A stretch of 64,000 nucleotides of DNA from positions 737,065 through 801,064 of the forward strand of contig CP070695.1 in NCBI GenBank assembly GCA_020353515.1, written 5' to 3'. The translations under genes and the position numbers were made by a program. The stretch comes from Candidatus Heimdallarchaeota archaeon (GTDB lineage: Archaea; Asgardarchaeota; Heimdallarchaeia; Hodarchaeales; Hodarchaeaceae). Shown one piece after another: positions 18,456 to 28,383 of the stretch. Position 1 is the stretch's first letter. Every line of letters begins with the position of its first letter. Under the pieces are notes generated by a model. That model worked only from the letters and a program-made list of their open reading frames with translations, did not search any database and was not told the DNA's origin.

Positions 18456-19700
18456 TTGTTTGAAGTTTTGAAAAAAGTGGTTTCTATGAGTACAGATTCT
18501 GTTCTAACTAAATTGTTAGAACAAGCTAGAAATGAGCTATATTCTTGGGCAACAAACGATCTGACATGTCAGTTGGCAAAAGAAGTCATGAGCATTGGAC
18601 TAGCAAAGATAAAATTATTTTATCAAGAGCTAGGCCTTGATCCGAGAGTAATCATCGTTTTTGGTCCAGATGGTAGTGTTACAAGAAATAAAGCTAGATT
18701 CAATGAAGGAGTCGGCTATGGATGTGTTGTAGCTACAAAGGATTATATTTTTCCTAGCTTACTTCATCCAAACGGTTGTGGATTTGGTTTATTTCAAATC
18801 ACAGACATGCCATCGTTACATGAGTTAATGAAAAGACTTAACAACCTGAAAAAGGATGGAGTCCCTATTGGGGAGCAACGAGGGAAGTGGGACGTTTGGA
18901 AATCAAATCATTTTATTGATATCCTCAGATTAGATAAAATAAGTCAAAATTATTTCCAGTATGAAGAATGGCTATCTCATGGTAGTTATGTGCTTATTCA
19001 TTCTTCTCAACAAATTGAAACTAACCGATTAAGTCATTGGGATTCTGAGAAGTTCACAACAGTAGATACACCTTTTGGAACTATCGAAGGTCTTTGTGAT
19101 GAGGCGTTAATAGAATATCTAAGTTTTTTCCAAAAAGTAGAAGAATATAGTAAAAGAAAACGTATAGCTATTGCAAATGAACTGTTTGGGGAAGATAATG
19201 TAAGGTGTATAACTAATCCTACTCATCAGGGTTATTATAAAGAGAATAAATATAATGTTATGAGACTTGGGCTCTATAACTCTTTGAATAAAACTGGAGA
19301 GAGGAATGTACCTCTTTTTCCCTTAGCTTTCAACGGTTATTCATTCATTTATCTTTATGAGGGCCAACCAAATCTCAAAAAAAAATACTGGACTAATAAT
19401 CAGCACCAACGAGCCAAGAATATGGCCCATGATGATTTCCTAAAACAAGCCAATATTCTTCCCCATGGTGGGGGCTATAAATTAATGTATCCCTTTTCTA
19501 GAGTGCGGCCCGTCGTTTTTGATAAGAATAATTATTTTGAATTACTTGATGCACCTATGGAAAGTCGGATGATCATCCAGAATATCGAAGCATTAGAGTA
19601 TGGTTATCGTGGACCGACTGAAATCTTACCCCTCGTTGACCGTCTTGAGTTAGGAAAAAGAGTTGCTCGATTCGTTCCAGTACAAGTAATCAAGTTTTGA
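18456..19700 (+). CDS. Divergent RtcB-like protein
   Basis: RtcB-type motifs in the canonical order: GPDG, NGCG, SNHFID, IHSS, THQ, PHGGG, and terminal PVQVIK; alternative start ATG 18486. Confidence 0.7.
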   Translation: MFEVLKKVVSMSTDSVLTKLLEQARNELYSWATNDLTCQLAKEVMSIGLAKIKLFYQELGLDPRVIIVFGPDGSVTRNKARFNEGVGYGCVVATKDYIFPSLLHPNGCGFGLFQITDMPSLHELMKRLNNLKKDGVPIGEQRGKWDVWKSNHFIDILRLDKISQNYFQYEEWLSHGSYVLIHSSQQIETNRLSHWDSEKFTTVDTPFGTIEGLCDEALIEYLSFFQKVEEYSKRKRIAIANELFGEDNVRCITNPTHQGYYKENKYNVMRLGLYNSLNKTGERNVPLFPLAFNGYSFIYLYEGQPNLKKKYWTNNQHQRAKNMAHDDFLKQANILPHGGGYKLMYPFSRVRPVVFDKNNYFELLDAPMESRMIIQNIEALEYGYRGPTEILPLVDRLELGKRVARFVPVQVIKF

Positions 19701-19797
19701 ATTATATGAAATATACTTCTTTCTCATCAATGTGTGAGAATTTTAAGGAAATTTTTAACCAAATCATGAGGTTCCTTTCAGCAGCCTTTTTAATAGT

Positions 19798-20733
19798 TTG
19801 AACCGAAAATCACTTGCAATGGAAGAGAAGGCTCCTGAATCAGAAATAAGGAAAAAACTTCTAGAAGATCGTGATGATCTGTCTTTTCCAGGTCGCCAAT
19901 CTCTTATAGAGAATATTCAACGTAGCTTTGCCATAAAGGGGGATGTCTGGATCCATCATGGGTATAATGTTCCTGAAGAAGATCCCCTTGTCATCGATGA
20001 TGAAATAAAAAACATTCAATACCAAGATAAAATTATAGTTCCTGCAATTTTACATACTCTCGTCGATAAGGTCGGAGGAATGAGAACAACGAGTATTGCA
20101 GCGATTTGCGGAATGAAAACACCAGAGCTATTATTGCTTCAAGACCCAGCCACTATGAATTTAGCAGTGATCTATAAAGAAAAGTTATGGATTACTGAAA
20201 TCCTCTTAAAAGAAATTGATTTTCTCTATCCCTTACCCACTGAACGAACACAGGCTCTCACAGATACAGATCGAACAATGGTTGAGGTAACTCAAGAAGA
20301 CATCTCATTAGAGATAAATGGGCACCGAGCAAAAGGTGGCATTATTCAAGAGAAAATCTTCATCCCACTAGATTCATATTATCATCCTATCCTAGGAGGA
20401 AGGGATCCCGCAGGACGGTTTAAATCCTCACTTCCAAGGCTCCCTGATTCTGGAGAACTCATCCTGATGATTTCTGACGCAATAACGAGCTCAGCAAAGA
20501 TGTATCTAGGTACAGTGAATGTACGGCTTGACGAGGGACGATTTGCACTAGAATATCCGCAAGAGGTTAACGTGGCAGGCTTAAAAATATATAGAAGATA
20601 TTTAGATGTTATTGAAATTCGATCACCATCAAATCCACCACACACAGAGCTTCAACGGGTTAGTTTTCGGGTTTACCGAACTGAAATATCTCGTCATTTA
20701 AAGAGTCTCATCAAAATACTCCATGTTGATTGA
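19798..20733 (+). CDS. Hypothetical protein
   Basis: 311-aa ORF with normal composition; no motif recognised. Confidence 0.7.
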   Translation: MNRKSLAMEEKAPESEIRKKLLEDRDDLSFPGRQSLIENIQRSFAIKGDVWIHHGYNVPEEDPLVIDDEIKNIQYQDKIIVPAILHTLVDKVGGMRTTSIAAICGMKTPELLLLQDPATMNLAVIYKEKLWITEILLKEIDFLYPLPTERTQALTDTDRTMVEVTQEDISLEINGHRAKGGIIQEKIFIPLDSYYHPILGGRDPAGRFKSSLPRLPDSGELILMISDAITSSAKMYLGTVNVRLDEGRFALEYPQEVNVAGLKIYRRYLDVIEIRSPSNPPHTELQRVSFRVYRTEISRHLKSLIKILHVD

Positions 20734-21228
20734 TTATTCTTTCCCTTCTTGATATTCGGTTACTAGTTTCTTTGCCTCTTCAATCCAGATACGTGTAAGC
20801 TGAAGCGTTTCTAAATCTCTTTGTTTTTTCGCTAAAGACTGTTTCCTTGTATCATATTCTGCCCGATTAATTCTTTCTAATAGGAAATCACGCTCAAGTT
20901 GTTCAATTTCAGCAGCAACTATTCCATCCATAGATTGAAAAAATTCTATCATTGCTATATTAATGGCATTAATCAACTCTAAACCAGGATCCGAGGCGAA
21001 ATAAACGTAATGAGGTGTTGGAAAGGGGTCAACACTTCGTTCACAAAAATAATTTGTCAACAATAGTTTCAAGTGTTTTTCTACTGCTGGTCGTGAAATA
21101 TTTAATTTGGAGGCTAGCTCTTGTGGGTTCAAAGGGGTTTCACTGATCAAATCAAGTATTTTCCGTCTCGTGGGATCAGCTAGAATCTTATGAAGAGATT
21201 CTATACGTTTTTCAAGCTCCTCACTCAC
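20734..21228 (-). CDS. ArsR-family HTH regulator with C-terminal SHOCT-like segment
   Basis: LADPTRRKILDLI...ELASKLNISRPAVEKHLKLL; C-terminal LERDFLLERINRAEYDTRKQSL. Confidence 0.85.
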   Translation of the reverse strand: MSEELEKRIESLHKILADPTRRKILDLISETPLNPQELASKLNISRPAVEKHLKLLLTNYFCERSVDPFPTPHYVYFASDPGLELINAINIAMIEFFQSMDGIVAAEIEQLERDFLLERINRAEYDTRKQSLAKKQRDLETLQLTRIWIEEAKKLVTEYQEGKE

Positions 21229-21480
21229 TTATTGGGCCTCACGAAGAATTCACACATGATCACTGTCTTTTACTGAGAAATCTGAGTATGATTTTTAAAA
21301 TACTCTGGATTAAAGTGAATTTACTAATGTTGGATTAGCTTTTAACTATGATTTAACTCATGGGTTTAATCAAATAACTTTATGGTTTTTTCTTTAAACC
21401 TGATTTTTTAGAACACTATTTAACTAGTTATTAATCTGTATTATCCAGAACTTTATTATTGTTATAAACCTTGTGAAAAG

Positions 21481-22326
21481 GTGAGTATGATGTCAAATAA
21501 AGAAATTGAAGACCTTAAAACCTTGATAAAAGCGTTAGATATACGTTTTAGAAATGAGGAGCTTTCACAAGAAGAATATGATGATTTAAAAGCAAAATAC
21601 GAAGCTAAATTGAATGAAGAGATTAGTCTTGTTAAGGAAAAGAGTTTTTTGAAGAATATGTCTTATATTAGTATTTCTGGATCTGGAAAGGTTACCGACT
21701 CATATATAAAAATTTCTGGGGCAGGTAGGGTCGATGGTTGGAAGGGTGGATCTATTGCAATTTCAGGGTCAGGAAAAATATCTGATGAAGAAATTAAAGT
21801 TAGTGGTTCTGCTTCCCTTCCTGGAAATTTACAGACCCATACTTTAAAGGCTTCTGGTTCAGTTAAGGCTGATGGTCCGATTGAAACTACAATTTTCAAA
21901 TGTTCAGGATCATGCAATATCAAAGGGGATTTAATTGCACACGAAACGTTTGTCATCTCTGGTTCAGGTAAAATTACTGCTGATGTTAAAGCAGGGGATA
22001 TTTCATCAAGTGGGGTCTTAGGAGTCTCTGGTGAAATTCAATGTGTTAATGCTGAGCTGAATGGAGGGTACAAAATTGGTGGAAACGTGAATTGTCAAGA
22101 ATCATTTATTTCTGAAATAAATGCGAAGTGTAGTATTAACGGAGATTTAATTTGTGGTGGAGATGTCCATATTGAGCAATCAACTCATCGTGGTCAGCTC
22201 CAAGTAGACCAAATTCTTGCGGAAGGAGATATCTACCTTGAAGGGGTTTCAGCTCGTTATGTTCGTGGTAAGACAGTCAAACTTGGTCCTGATTGCCAAG
22301 TTGAGAATGTCGAGGAAAAAGGCTAA
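21481..22326 (+). CDS. Bactofilin-like (YhbE/YhbF-type) polymer-forming protein with N-terminal SHOCT-like segment
   Basis: Many ISGSGKI-type repeats; terminal VRGKTVKLGPDCQVENVE; N-terminal FRNEELSQEEYDDLKAKY. Confidence 0.75.
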   Translation: MSMMSNKEIEDLKTLIKALDIRFRNEELSQEEYDDLKAKYEAKLNEEISLVKEKSFLKNMSYISISGSGKVTDSYIKISGAGRVDGWKGGSIAISGSGKISDEEIKVSGSASLPGNLQTHTLKASGSVKADGPIETTIFKCSGSCNIKGDLIAHETFVISGSGKITADVKAGDISSSGVLGVSGEIQCVNAELNGGYKIGGNVNCQESFISEINAKCSINGDLICGGDVHIEQSTHRGQLQVDQILAEGDIYLEGVSARYVRGKTVKLGPDCQVENVEEKG

Positions 22327-22341
22327 TCTACTATCAAATAT

Positions 22342-23172
22342 TTGGGGTGGTTGGGAAAAAAATTGAGCTTGATTCCCCCATTTTCTTCCTTTTTATCTGA
22401 TCAAACTACTCCTTCCGTCCTATGGTGTTATACGGGTGGTGGCCATTTTTATAAGGAAATCTTTGACCAGCTTAGAAAAGCAAATCGTGAATCTATACCT
22501 ATATGTATTATTTTCTCAAATGCTGGGGCTCTTGTAGCGAATAGGTATGGTTTTTTCTGGAAAATAATACAATCTGATTGTAGAAAGAAATACATCCACT
22601 TCATGTTTGAGGATCTTGTTGCTCAATATAATATCAAGGATATGCTTCAGGAAACCGATTTTTCCTATTCAATTCTTTCAAAAGATCCTACATTTTCTGT
22701 GGCAATGTCTCTTGCCAATAGTGAGATTAGATGCATTATAGCATGTCCTTTAACTGCTAATTCAGCTTCAAAGTTAGTCTTGGGTATTACTGATTCTATG
22801 ATCTCCAATCTATTATCCACTGGGTTGAAATCTGGAAAAAGAATAGGAATTTTACCAACTGATGCTACGCAACAGCGAATAAAGACAAAATTACCAATAA
22901 AACAGATTAATTTCGCTTCATCTAATCAAATTGACATTGCTGTCTGTAAATTCAATGCGCTGAAAGAAACCCCTGGAAATAAAGTCCAATTCATCCCTCA
23001 GTATTGCGTAGGCTGTCAGGCTTGCGTTAAAAAATACCCAAATATTTTTTCATATGGGGATGAGATTGATGTACAAATTAGGGACGTCGATTTCCAAAAT
23101 ATTCAGAAATTAAGTACAGAATTAACTGTATTTCAGTCACCTGATGAAATACTTCCCTTCATAAAGCACTAA
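22342..23172 (+). CDS. Archaeal flavoprotein (AfpA/DmrX-like) with ferredoxin-type insert
   Basis: WCYTGGGHF; P.TANSASKLVLGITDSMISN; ILPTD; CVGCQAC. Confidence 0.75.
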   Translation: MGWLGKKLSLIPPFSSFLSDQTTPSVLWCYTGGGHFYKEIFDQLRKANRESIPICIIFSNAGALVANRYGFFWKIIQSDCRKKYIHFMFEDLVAQYNIKDMLQETDFSYSILSKDPTFSVAMSLANSEIRCIIACPLTANSASKLVLGITDSMISNLLSTGLKSGKRIGILPTDATQQRIKTKLPIKQINFASSNQIDIAVCKFNALKETPGNKVQFIPQYCVGCQACVKKYPNIFSYGDEIDVQIRDVDFQNIQKLSTELTVFQSPDEILPFIKH

Positions 23173-23202
23173 CGTCAATATAACTGAATTACTTTCTTTT
23201 AG

Positions 23203-23760
23203 TTATCTTGCTGTTTGGGCTGCTTTATATGCTTCAATATATTGTTTAATTGACCGTCCTAATTCTGAGAAAGCTTCTGTGACGTTAAGTCCAGATTTAG
23301 CTGAAGTGTTAAGATAAGAAATTTTGAATGGAACCCCAGATACCTCTCTTTGAGAGGTTTCTACAAATTTTGTTAATTCTTCTTGGTCTATAGCATTGGG
23401 CAAATCAGACTTATTTCCTAGGATTATATACGGAATTTGCCGTCCTACATTCGTAAAAAGCTCCCGTTTCCAATTTCCAAGGGTATATAAGCTCTCTGGC
23501 CGAGTTCGATCAAAGACTAAGATGGCTCCGTGTGATCCTTTGTAATAAAGAGCTCTTACTGCTTCAAATCTTTGTTGCCCTGCTAGATCCCAGATTTGAA
23601 ACTTGTATTGCATTCCATCAATTTCAAGATTCTGAACTGCGAAATCTGCACCGATAGTCAGTATATATCCACTTTGAAACCCCTTTCCTAGAAATCTCTC
23701 TCGTAAAGAGGTTTTCCCCACTCCACCATCTCCTAACAAGCAAATTTTGTACAATGGCAC
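23203..23760 (-). CDS. Rab-like small GTPase
   Basis: GDGGVGKT, TIGADF, WDLAGQQRF, YYKG, GNKSD, TSAK. Confidence 0.95.
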   Translation of the reverse strand: MPLYKICLLGDGGVGKTSLRERFLGKGFQSGYILTIGADFAVQNLEIDGMQYKFQIWDLAGQQRFEAVRALYYKGSHGAILVFDRTRPESLYTLGNWKRELFTNVGRQIPYIILGNKSDLPNAIDQEELTKFVETSQREVSGVPFKISYLNTSAKSGLNVTEAFSELGRSIKQYIEAYKAAQTAR

Positions 23761-24087
23761 CGTGAAATCCTCAGATTCTGTTATACTTCGTGATCTCTTC
23801 TTTGATTACTCGTATTAAAGATCCTCTTTTAATCATATTGGGAAGTACTTTCATTTATCCTTTAAAATCTGATCAAACTAGAAGCCACAATTGTTTAATC
23901 ACTTTAAAACTTATTATGAAGTCTAAACTTTGTACGTAAAATAATCTGGTTCTACTATATATTTTATATTCAAAACAATATAGCCTCTTATTTATTTTTA
24001 TGATTGTCTAAGAAAATCTTCCGGAAGTAGTTAAGGAGAACAGTAATGAAAACGATCTTCGGTGTGGCACTTCAAAGAAAAAGTAAA

Positions 24088-25563
24088 CTATGGGGAGAAT
24101 TTTTTTATCATATGATTTTTCAACTGGAAGAGTTTTTCTGTTAAACTAACCTTATAAATATGGGGATTTAGTAATCGTTTGAATGTTGGATCTAAACCAA
24201 GTAATTGTTCCTTACAATATTTTTGAGCAGTTTTCCAATCACCAAAGTTTTCTTCTATCACGATTTTATTGGTTTTCATAAGTAAATGATGTGAATGTTT
24301 AACTTTTATATCATCTGGGAGACGAAATTTCTTTTGATGTTCAATAGGATGGTGGATCCAGTCACCTGTCGTAGGTATTTCTTCATCATGTAGTCCTATG
24401 ATATCTGCAAGAAATTTCCTATTACTATCATGGATTCTCCAGACCTTCTTGATACCTGGATTTATAGTTTTTGTTATATTTTCACTTACTTTGATTCTAG
24501 GCTCTCTATCTAAAGCAACTAGCTTGTACACTCCTCCCAAAGCACTTTGTTGGCCACCTGTTATTAATTTTGTACCAACACCATAAGTTAATCGAGAAAT
24601 AGTTTCTTTATGAAGATTTTCTTCTTTATTGTTACCTCCTCTTTCTAAAATTTGATAGACAATAGAATTAATCGTGAATTCGTCTAATTCATTGGAAAGT
24701 ACAATACTGATGTTGGGAAACCCTGCTTTCTTAAACTCGCGATAAACCTCAACTGATAAGTATGCTAGATCTCCAGAGTCAATTCTTACTCCTACTATTT
24801 CTTTTCCTTTCTCTCGTAGTAATTTTGCCACTTCGATAGCATGAGGGAGGCCTGATTTTAACACATCATATGTGTCAATTAAGAGTAAGCATTTATCAGG
24901 AAATACTTCAGCATATGCCTTGAAAGATTCTAATTCTGAATCAAACGTTTGAACCCATGAATGAGCTTGGGTACCGATTATTGGACAATTCCAAATTTTC
25001 CCCCCCTGAACAAATGATGTTCCTATACAACCCCCAACAAGAGCTGCACGTACTCCAATATAAGCGCTGTCTCCTTGTGCTCTTCTCAATCCAAATTCTA
25101 CAATCTTTCCTCCTTTTGCAACATTGACTATTCGTGCAGCTTTAGTCGCTATTAAGGTTGAATAATTGATAATATTAAGGAGACCTGTCTCAACTAATTG
25201 TGTTTCGATGATAGGACCTGTTACAGAGATTATTGGTGTGTAAGGGAATATTACTGAACCTTCTTTCACCCCCTCAACTTTGCCCGTAAATTTAAGGTTC
25301 AATAAGTACTCTAAAAAATCTTCTGAAAACAAGTCTTGCTCTCTTAGGTAACTAATGTCATTTTCAGTAAATTTGAAGTTCATAAGATATTCTAGCGCAA
25401 GTTGAATCCCACATGCAATCGTATAACCCCCATTAAAAGGATTCGATCTAAAAAAGAGATCAAAAGTTGCTACGTGGTTTTTCATATTCATATCGAAATA
25501 CCCTTGACTCATAGTCAGCTGGTACAAATCTGTAAAGAGAGCACGATCCTTTTTATAGAGCAT
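24088..25563 (-). CDS. pncB: Nicotinate phosphoribosyltransferase
   Basis: TDLYQLTM, EFGLRRAQG, GTQAHSW, LIDTYD, RIDSGDL, GGVYKL. Confidence 0.95.
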   Translation of the reverse strand: MLYKKDRALFTDLYQLTMSQGYFDMNMKNHVATFDLFFRSNPFNGGYTIACGIQLALEYLMNFKFTENDISYLREQDLFSEDFLEYLLNLKFTGKVEGVKEGSVIFPYTPIISVTGPIIETQLVETGLLNIINYSTLIATKAARIVNVAKGGKIVEFGLRRAQGDSAYIGVRAALVGGCIGTSFVQGGKIWNCPIIGTQAHSWVQTFDSELESFKAYAEVFPDKCLLLIDTYDVLKSGLPHAIEVAKLLREKGKEIVGVRIDSGDLAYLSVEVYREFKKAGFPNISIVLSNELDEFTINSIVYQILERGGNNKEENLHKETISRLTYGVGTKLITGGQQSALGGVYKLVALDREPRIKVSENITKTINPGIKKVWRIHDSNRKFLADIIGLHDEEIPTTGDWIHHPIEHQKKFRLPDDIKVKHSHHLLMKTNKIVIEENFGDWKTAQKYCKEQLLGLDPTFKRLLNPHIYKVSLTEKLFQLKNHMIKKFSP

Positions 25564-25741
25564 TTATCGTCAACGCCTTGGAAAATAGGAAATGAACTTT
25601 TTTGATATGTATTTTCTAATTTTCCTCAATCTTTAGATATTTGTCTAATTTTCCAAAACTCCTGTTGTTAATGAAAAATTTTTTTTCGGATAGAAATAAG
25701 TTCTTAAGACAACTAAATTAATAAGATTAGACTTACAACCC

Positions 25742-26434
25742 ATGAAGTGGCGAATTAGAATGCAAATTGAAGAAGTTCCCCTAGCAGGATTTGTGAAAAT
25801 TACCAATAAAGACGCTCTTCTCGTATTAGATATGCAAAACGACTTTTTACCAGGTGGAGCTTTACCTGTTATTGATGGTGATAAGATAATTGATGGAATT
25901 AACAATCTTGCGGATAAGTTTCATCAAAATGAGTATCCCATTATATTTACACAAGATTGGCATCCTAAAGATCATCAGTCTTTTGCTAGTGCTCATGGTA
26001 AGAATCCTTATGATCTATTCGAAGCTCCAGGAATAGGGCCAATTTTATGGCCAGATCATTGTGTCCAAGGGACTCATGGTGCAAATTTTGCTCCTAGGAT
26101 ACAAACTGTAAAAGCCACTTTGATTCTGAGAAAAGGGTTCCATAAAACTATTGATTCTTATTCCGCGTTTTTGGAGAATGACAAAAATACAGAAACGGGC
26201 CTTAGAACATATCTAGAAGCGATTGGCATTGAAAGAGTGTTCGTATGTGGATTAGCTATGGATTATTGTGTCTATTACTCCGCAATTGATGCCAAAAATT
26301 ATGGATTCGATGTTGTTTACGTATTAGATCTGACAAAACCTGTCAATTCTCCTGAAAATAGTGTGTCAAACGCTTTACAAAGAATGGTAGACCAAAAAAT
26401 AATATTTGTTACTTCAGATCAGGTTTTAGAGTAA
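25742..26434 (+). CDS. pncA: Nicotinamidase/pyrazinamidase
   Basis: DMQNDFLPGGAL, QDWHP..H.SF, WPDHCVQGT, DSYSAF, GLAMDYCV. Confidence 0.95.
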   Translation: MKWRIRMQIEEVPLAGFVKITNKDALLVLDMQNDFLPGGALPVIDGDKIIDGINNLADKFHQNEYPIIFTQDWHPKDHQSFASAHGKNPYDLFEAPGIGPILWPDHCVQGTHGANFAPRIQTVKATLILRKGFHKTIDSYSAFLENDKNTETGLRTYLEAIGIERVFVCGLAMDYCVYYSAIDAKNYGFDVVYVLDLTKPVNSPENSVSNALQRMVDQKIIFVTSDQVLE

Positions 26435-26453
26435 ATTTGAACTATTGTTGTTT

Positions 26454-27080
26454 TTATTCCATAGGATGGGTAGGTTGTGAACCGAAATGATCACGAACTA
26501 GTCTGATTAACAGTATAATTGCAATCGAGATTGAAATTCCCAATGTGCCAAACTCTCCAGTCCCCAGTTCAATGTAAAAGTAATTTGCTAATAGTAAAAT
26601 TCCCCATGAGATTGATAAGACAATCCATACTAAGAGTATAAAAGAATTAAACTGGATTTGAAATGTTTTCATAAGTTTTTGAATTTCAATACTGTTTGAT
26701 AGATATGTTGAGTATTCTTGATCCAATTGATTATATTTATAGGCGATATACCATATTTCATAGAATGACCACGTTAATATAACACCAAGAGCTAGTAGGT
26801 ACGGATTTTGGAGATAAAAGAGAAGTCCACATGAGAAAAGAGCAGTTATCAAGAGGCGTAATTCTATTTTAAATTTTACAATCCCATAAACTGCTATTAA
26901 TCCAAGAAGAATTATTAGAATAACAGAGAACATGTAAATTCCAAGGTAACGTGCAAAATAAGAAGATAGATAAGAGAAGAAAAGAAGAGAGATAGCTAGA
27001 AGAAGAGGGATTAATGAAAAAACAACAAAACAAAATATCATAAAAAGACGAATACTCCATAATATATATCGTATTTTCAT
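26454..27080 (-). CDS. Membrane protein of MoxR operon
   Basis: Multiple TM segments; overlaps the DUF58 gene stop. Confidence 0.75.
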   Translation of the reverse strand: MKIRYILWSIRLFMIFCFVVFSLIPLLLAISLLFFSYLSSYFARYLGIYMFSVILIILLGLIAVYGIVKFKIELRLLITALFSCGLLFYLQNPYLLALGVILTWSFYEIWYIAYKYNQLDQEYSTYLSNSIEIQKLMKTFQIQFNSFILLVWIVLSISWGILLLANYFYIELGTGEFGTLGISISIAIILLIRLVRDHFGSQPTHPME

Positions 27081-28348
27081 TTTGTAATTCTCATTTTAAT
27101 TGCTTCATATTTGGGCCCATGTGGAAACCAGTGGATCTGTTTCAATCCTAATTTGGCTATTTTATTTAACATATAACCTCGATCAAGAGATACGAGAGCG
27201 TCTGCTATTCGAGAAGCTTCTGAAGATTCAGATTCTACCTCAAAATCAGTTTCTAGGCGAGGAATAATTAACGTAATCTCGTGCCCCCTCTGGACTAATT
27301 CGTGGAGAAAATCCATGATGATACGATTATAAAGTGGACTGATAAAAAAAATCTGAGAGAAAGAATTCAAAGATGGTAAGAGTCTTTTAGTTAAGCGGGG
27401 GTATAATGTGTCTTTAAATAGAGGATTAGAACACTCAACATCGATAAGGAATTCATTTATCCTGAGAAGCTGCCGTTTTCCTGGTGCTGCAGGGATTTCT
27501 TTAATAAATTCACCAATACCGAAAAATGCTATTTTATTTCGTTGAGAGATAAGATACTCTGAAGTGGATAGTGCACTCATCACTCCTTCCTCAAGTACAC
27601 GTATTGTAGAGTCAGTGTGGTCAAAAAGTACAAACACCTGTGCTGATTGATCTAATGCGAACTCATTTGTTGCTAGCTTGTTAAACTTCGCTGTGACTCG
27701 CCAGTTGATTGTTCGAAATTCATCAGCTTCTTGATGGTCTCGAACTCCTTGAAAATCAAAGTCACGGCCTTTATAGATGAGGCTAGGGATATGTCCTGTT
27801 TCTGGTAATAGTCTTTGTCGTGACATTGGTAAGAATTTCAATTTGATCAACGGTGGAACAACATCAAATGAGCTGAAAACTGGATATTCAATTGTGTGAG
27901 AATGAAAATTAAAGAAATCGGCTCCACGGACAAGGACTGGTCCTATTTTATAACGTCCCCGTTTATGACCTTGAATTGCATATGAAAATGTGATACTTTC
28001 TTCTTCATTAAGCTCTGAAATCCAGTGATTAGATCCTTCATTCACTGTACATTCATTAGGTATTAAATCAACTATTTCTAGGACAGGAATCCGTTTTCCT
28101 TTATTTTCAATTCTTATATTAACATAGATAAGCTCTCCCTTTGTCTCTATCTTATTCCGAGAGATACTACGTTCTATTATGAGATGATGAACGTCAATTT
28201 CTTCTGAAGTGAGACAAAAGAAGAAAACAATAAGAATAGGAAGAATTGCTCCTACTAATGTCCAAACTTGTAAGATAATAGCTAAAACTAGGAGAGATAA
28301 AGCCAAATTGAGTAGATTTAACAGCTTATAACTTCTTTTCAGATACAA
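27077..28348 (-). CDS. DUF58 domain protein
   Basis: RGRYKIGPV; DFQGVRDHQEADEFRTINWRVTAK; typical MoxR partner. Confidence 0.9.
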   Translation of the reverse strand: MYLKRSYKLLNLLNLALSLLVLAIILQVWTLVGAILPILIVFFFCLTSEEIDVHHLIIERSISRNKIETKGELIYVNIRIENKGKRIPVLEIVDLIPNECTVNEGSNHWISELNEEESITFSYAIQGHKRGRYKIGPVLVRGADFFNFHSHTIEYPVFSSFDVVPPLIKLKFLPMSRQRLLPETGHIPSLIYKGRDFDFQGVRDHQEADEFRTINWRVTAKFNKLATNEFALDQSAQVFVLFDHTDSTIRVLEEGVMSALSTSEYLISQRNKIAFFGIGEFIKEIPAAPGKRQLLRINEFLIDVECSNPLFKDTLYPRLTKRLLPSLNSFSQIFFISPLYNRIIMDFLHELVQRGHEITLIIPRLETDFEVESESSEASRIADALVSLDRGYMLNKIAKLGLKQIHWFPHGPKYEAIKMRITK

Positions 28349-28383
28349 CCCACCATACTCTACATTTCATTGTTGGATCAATT

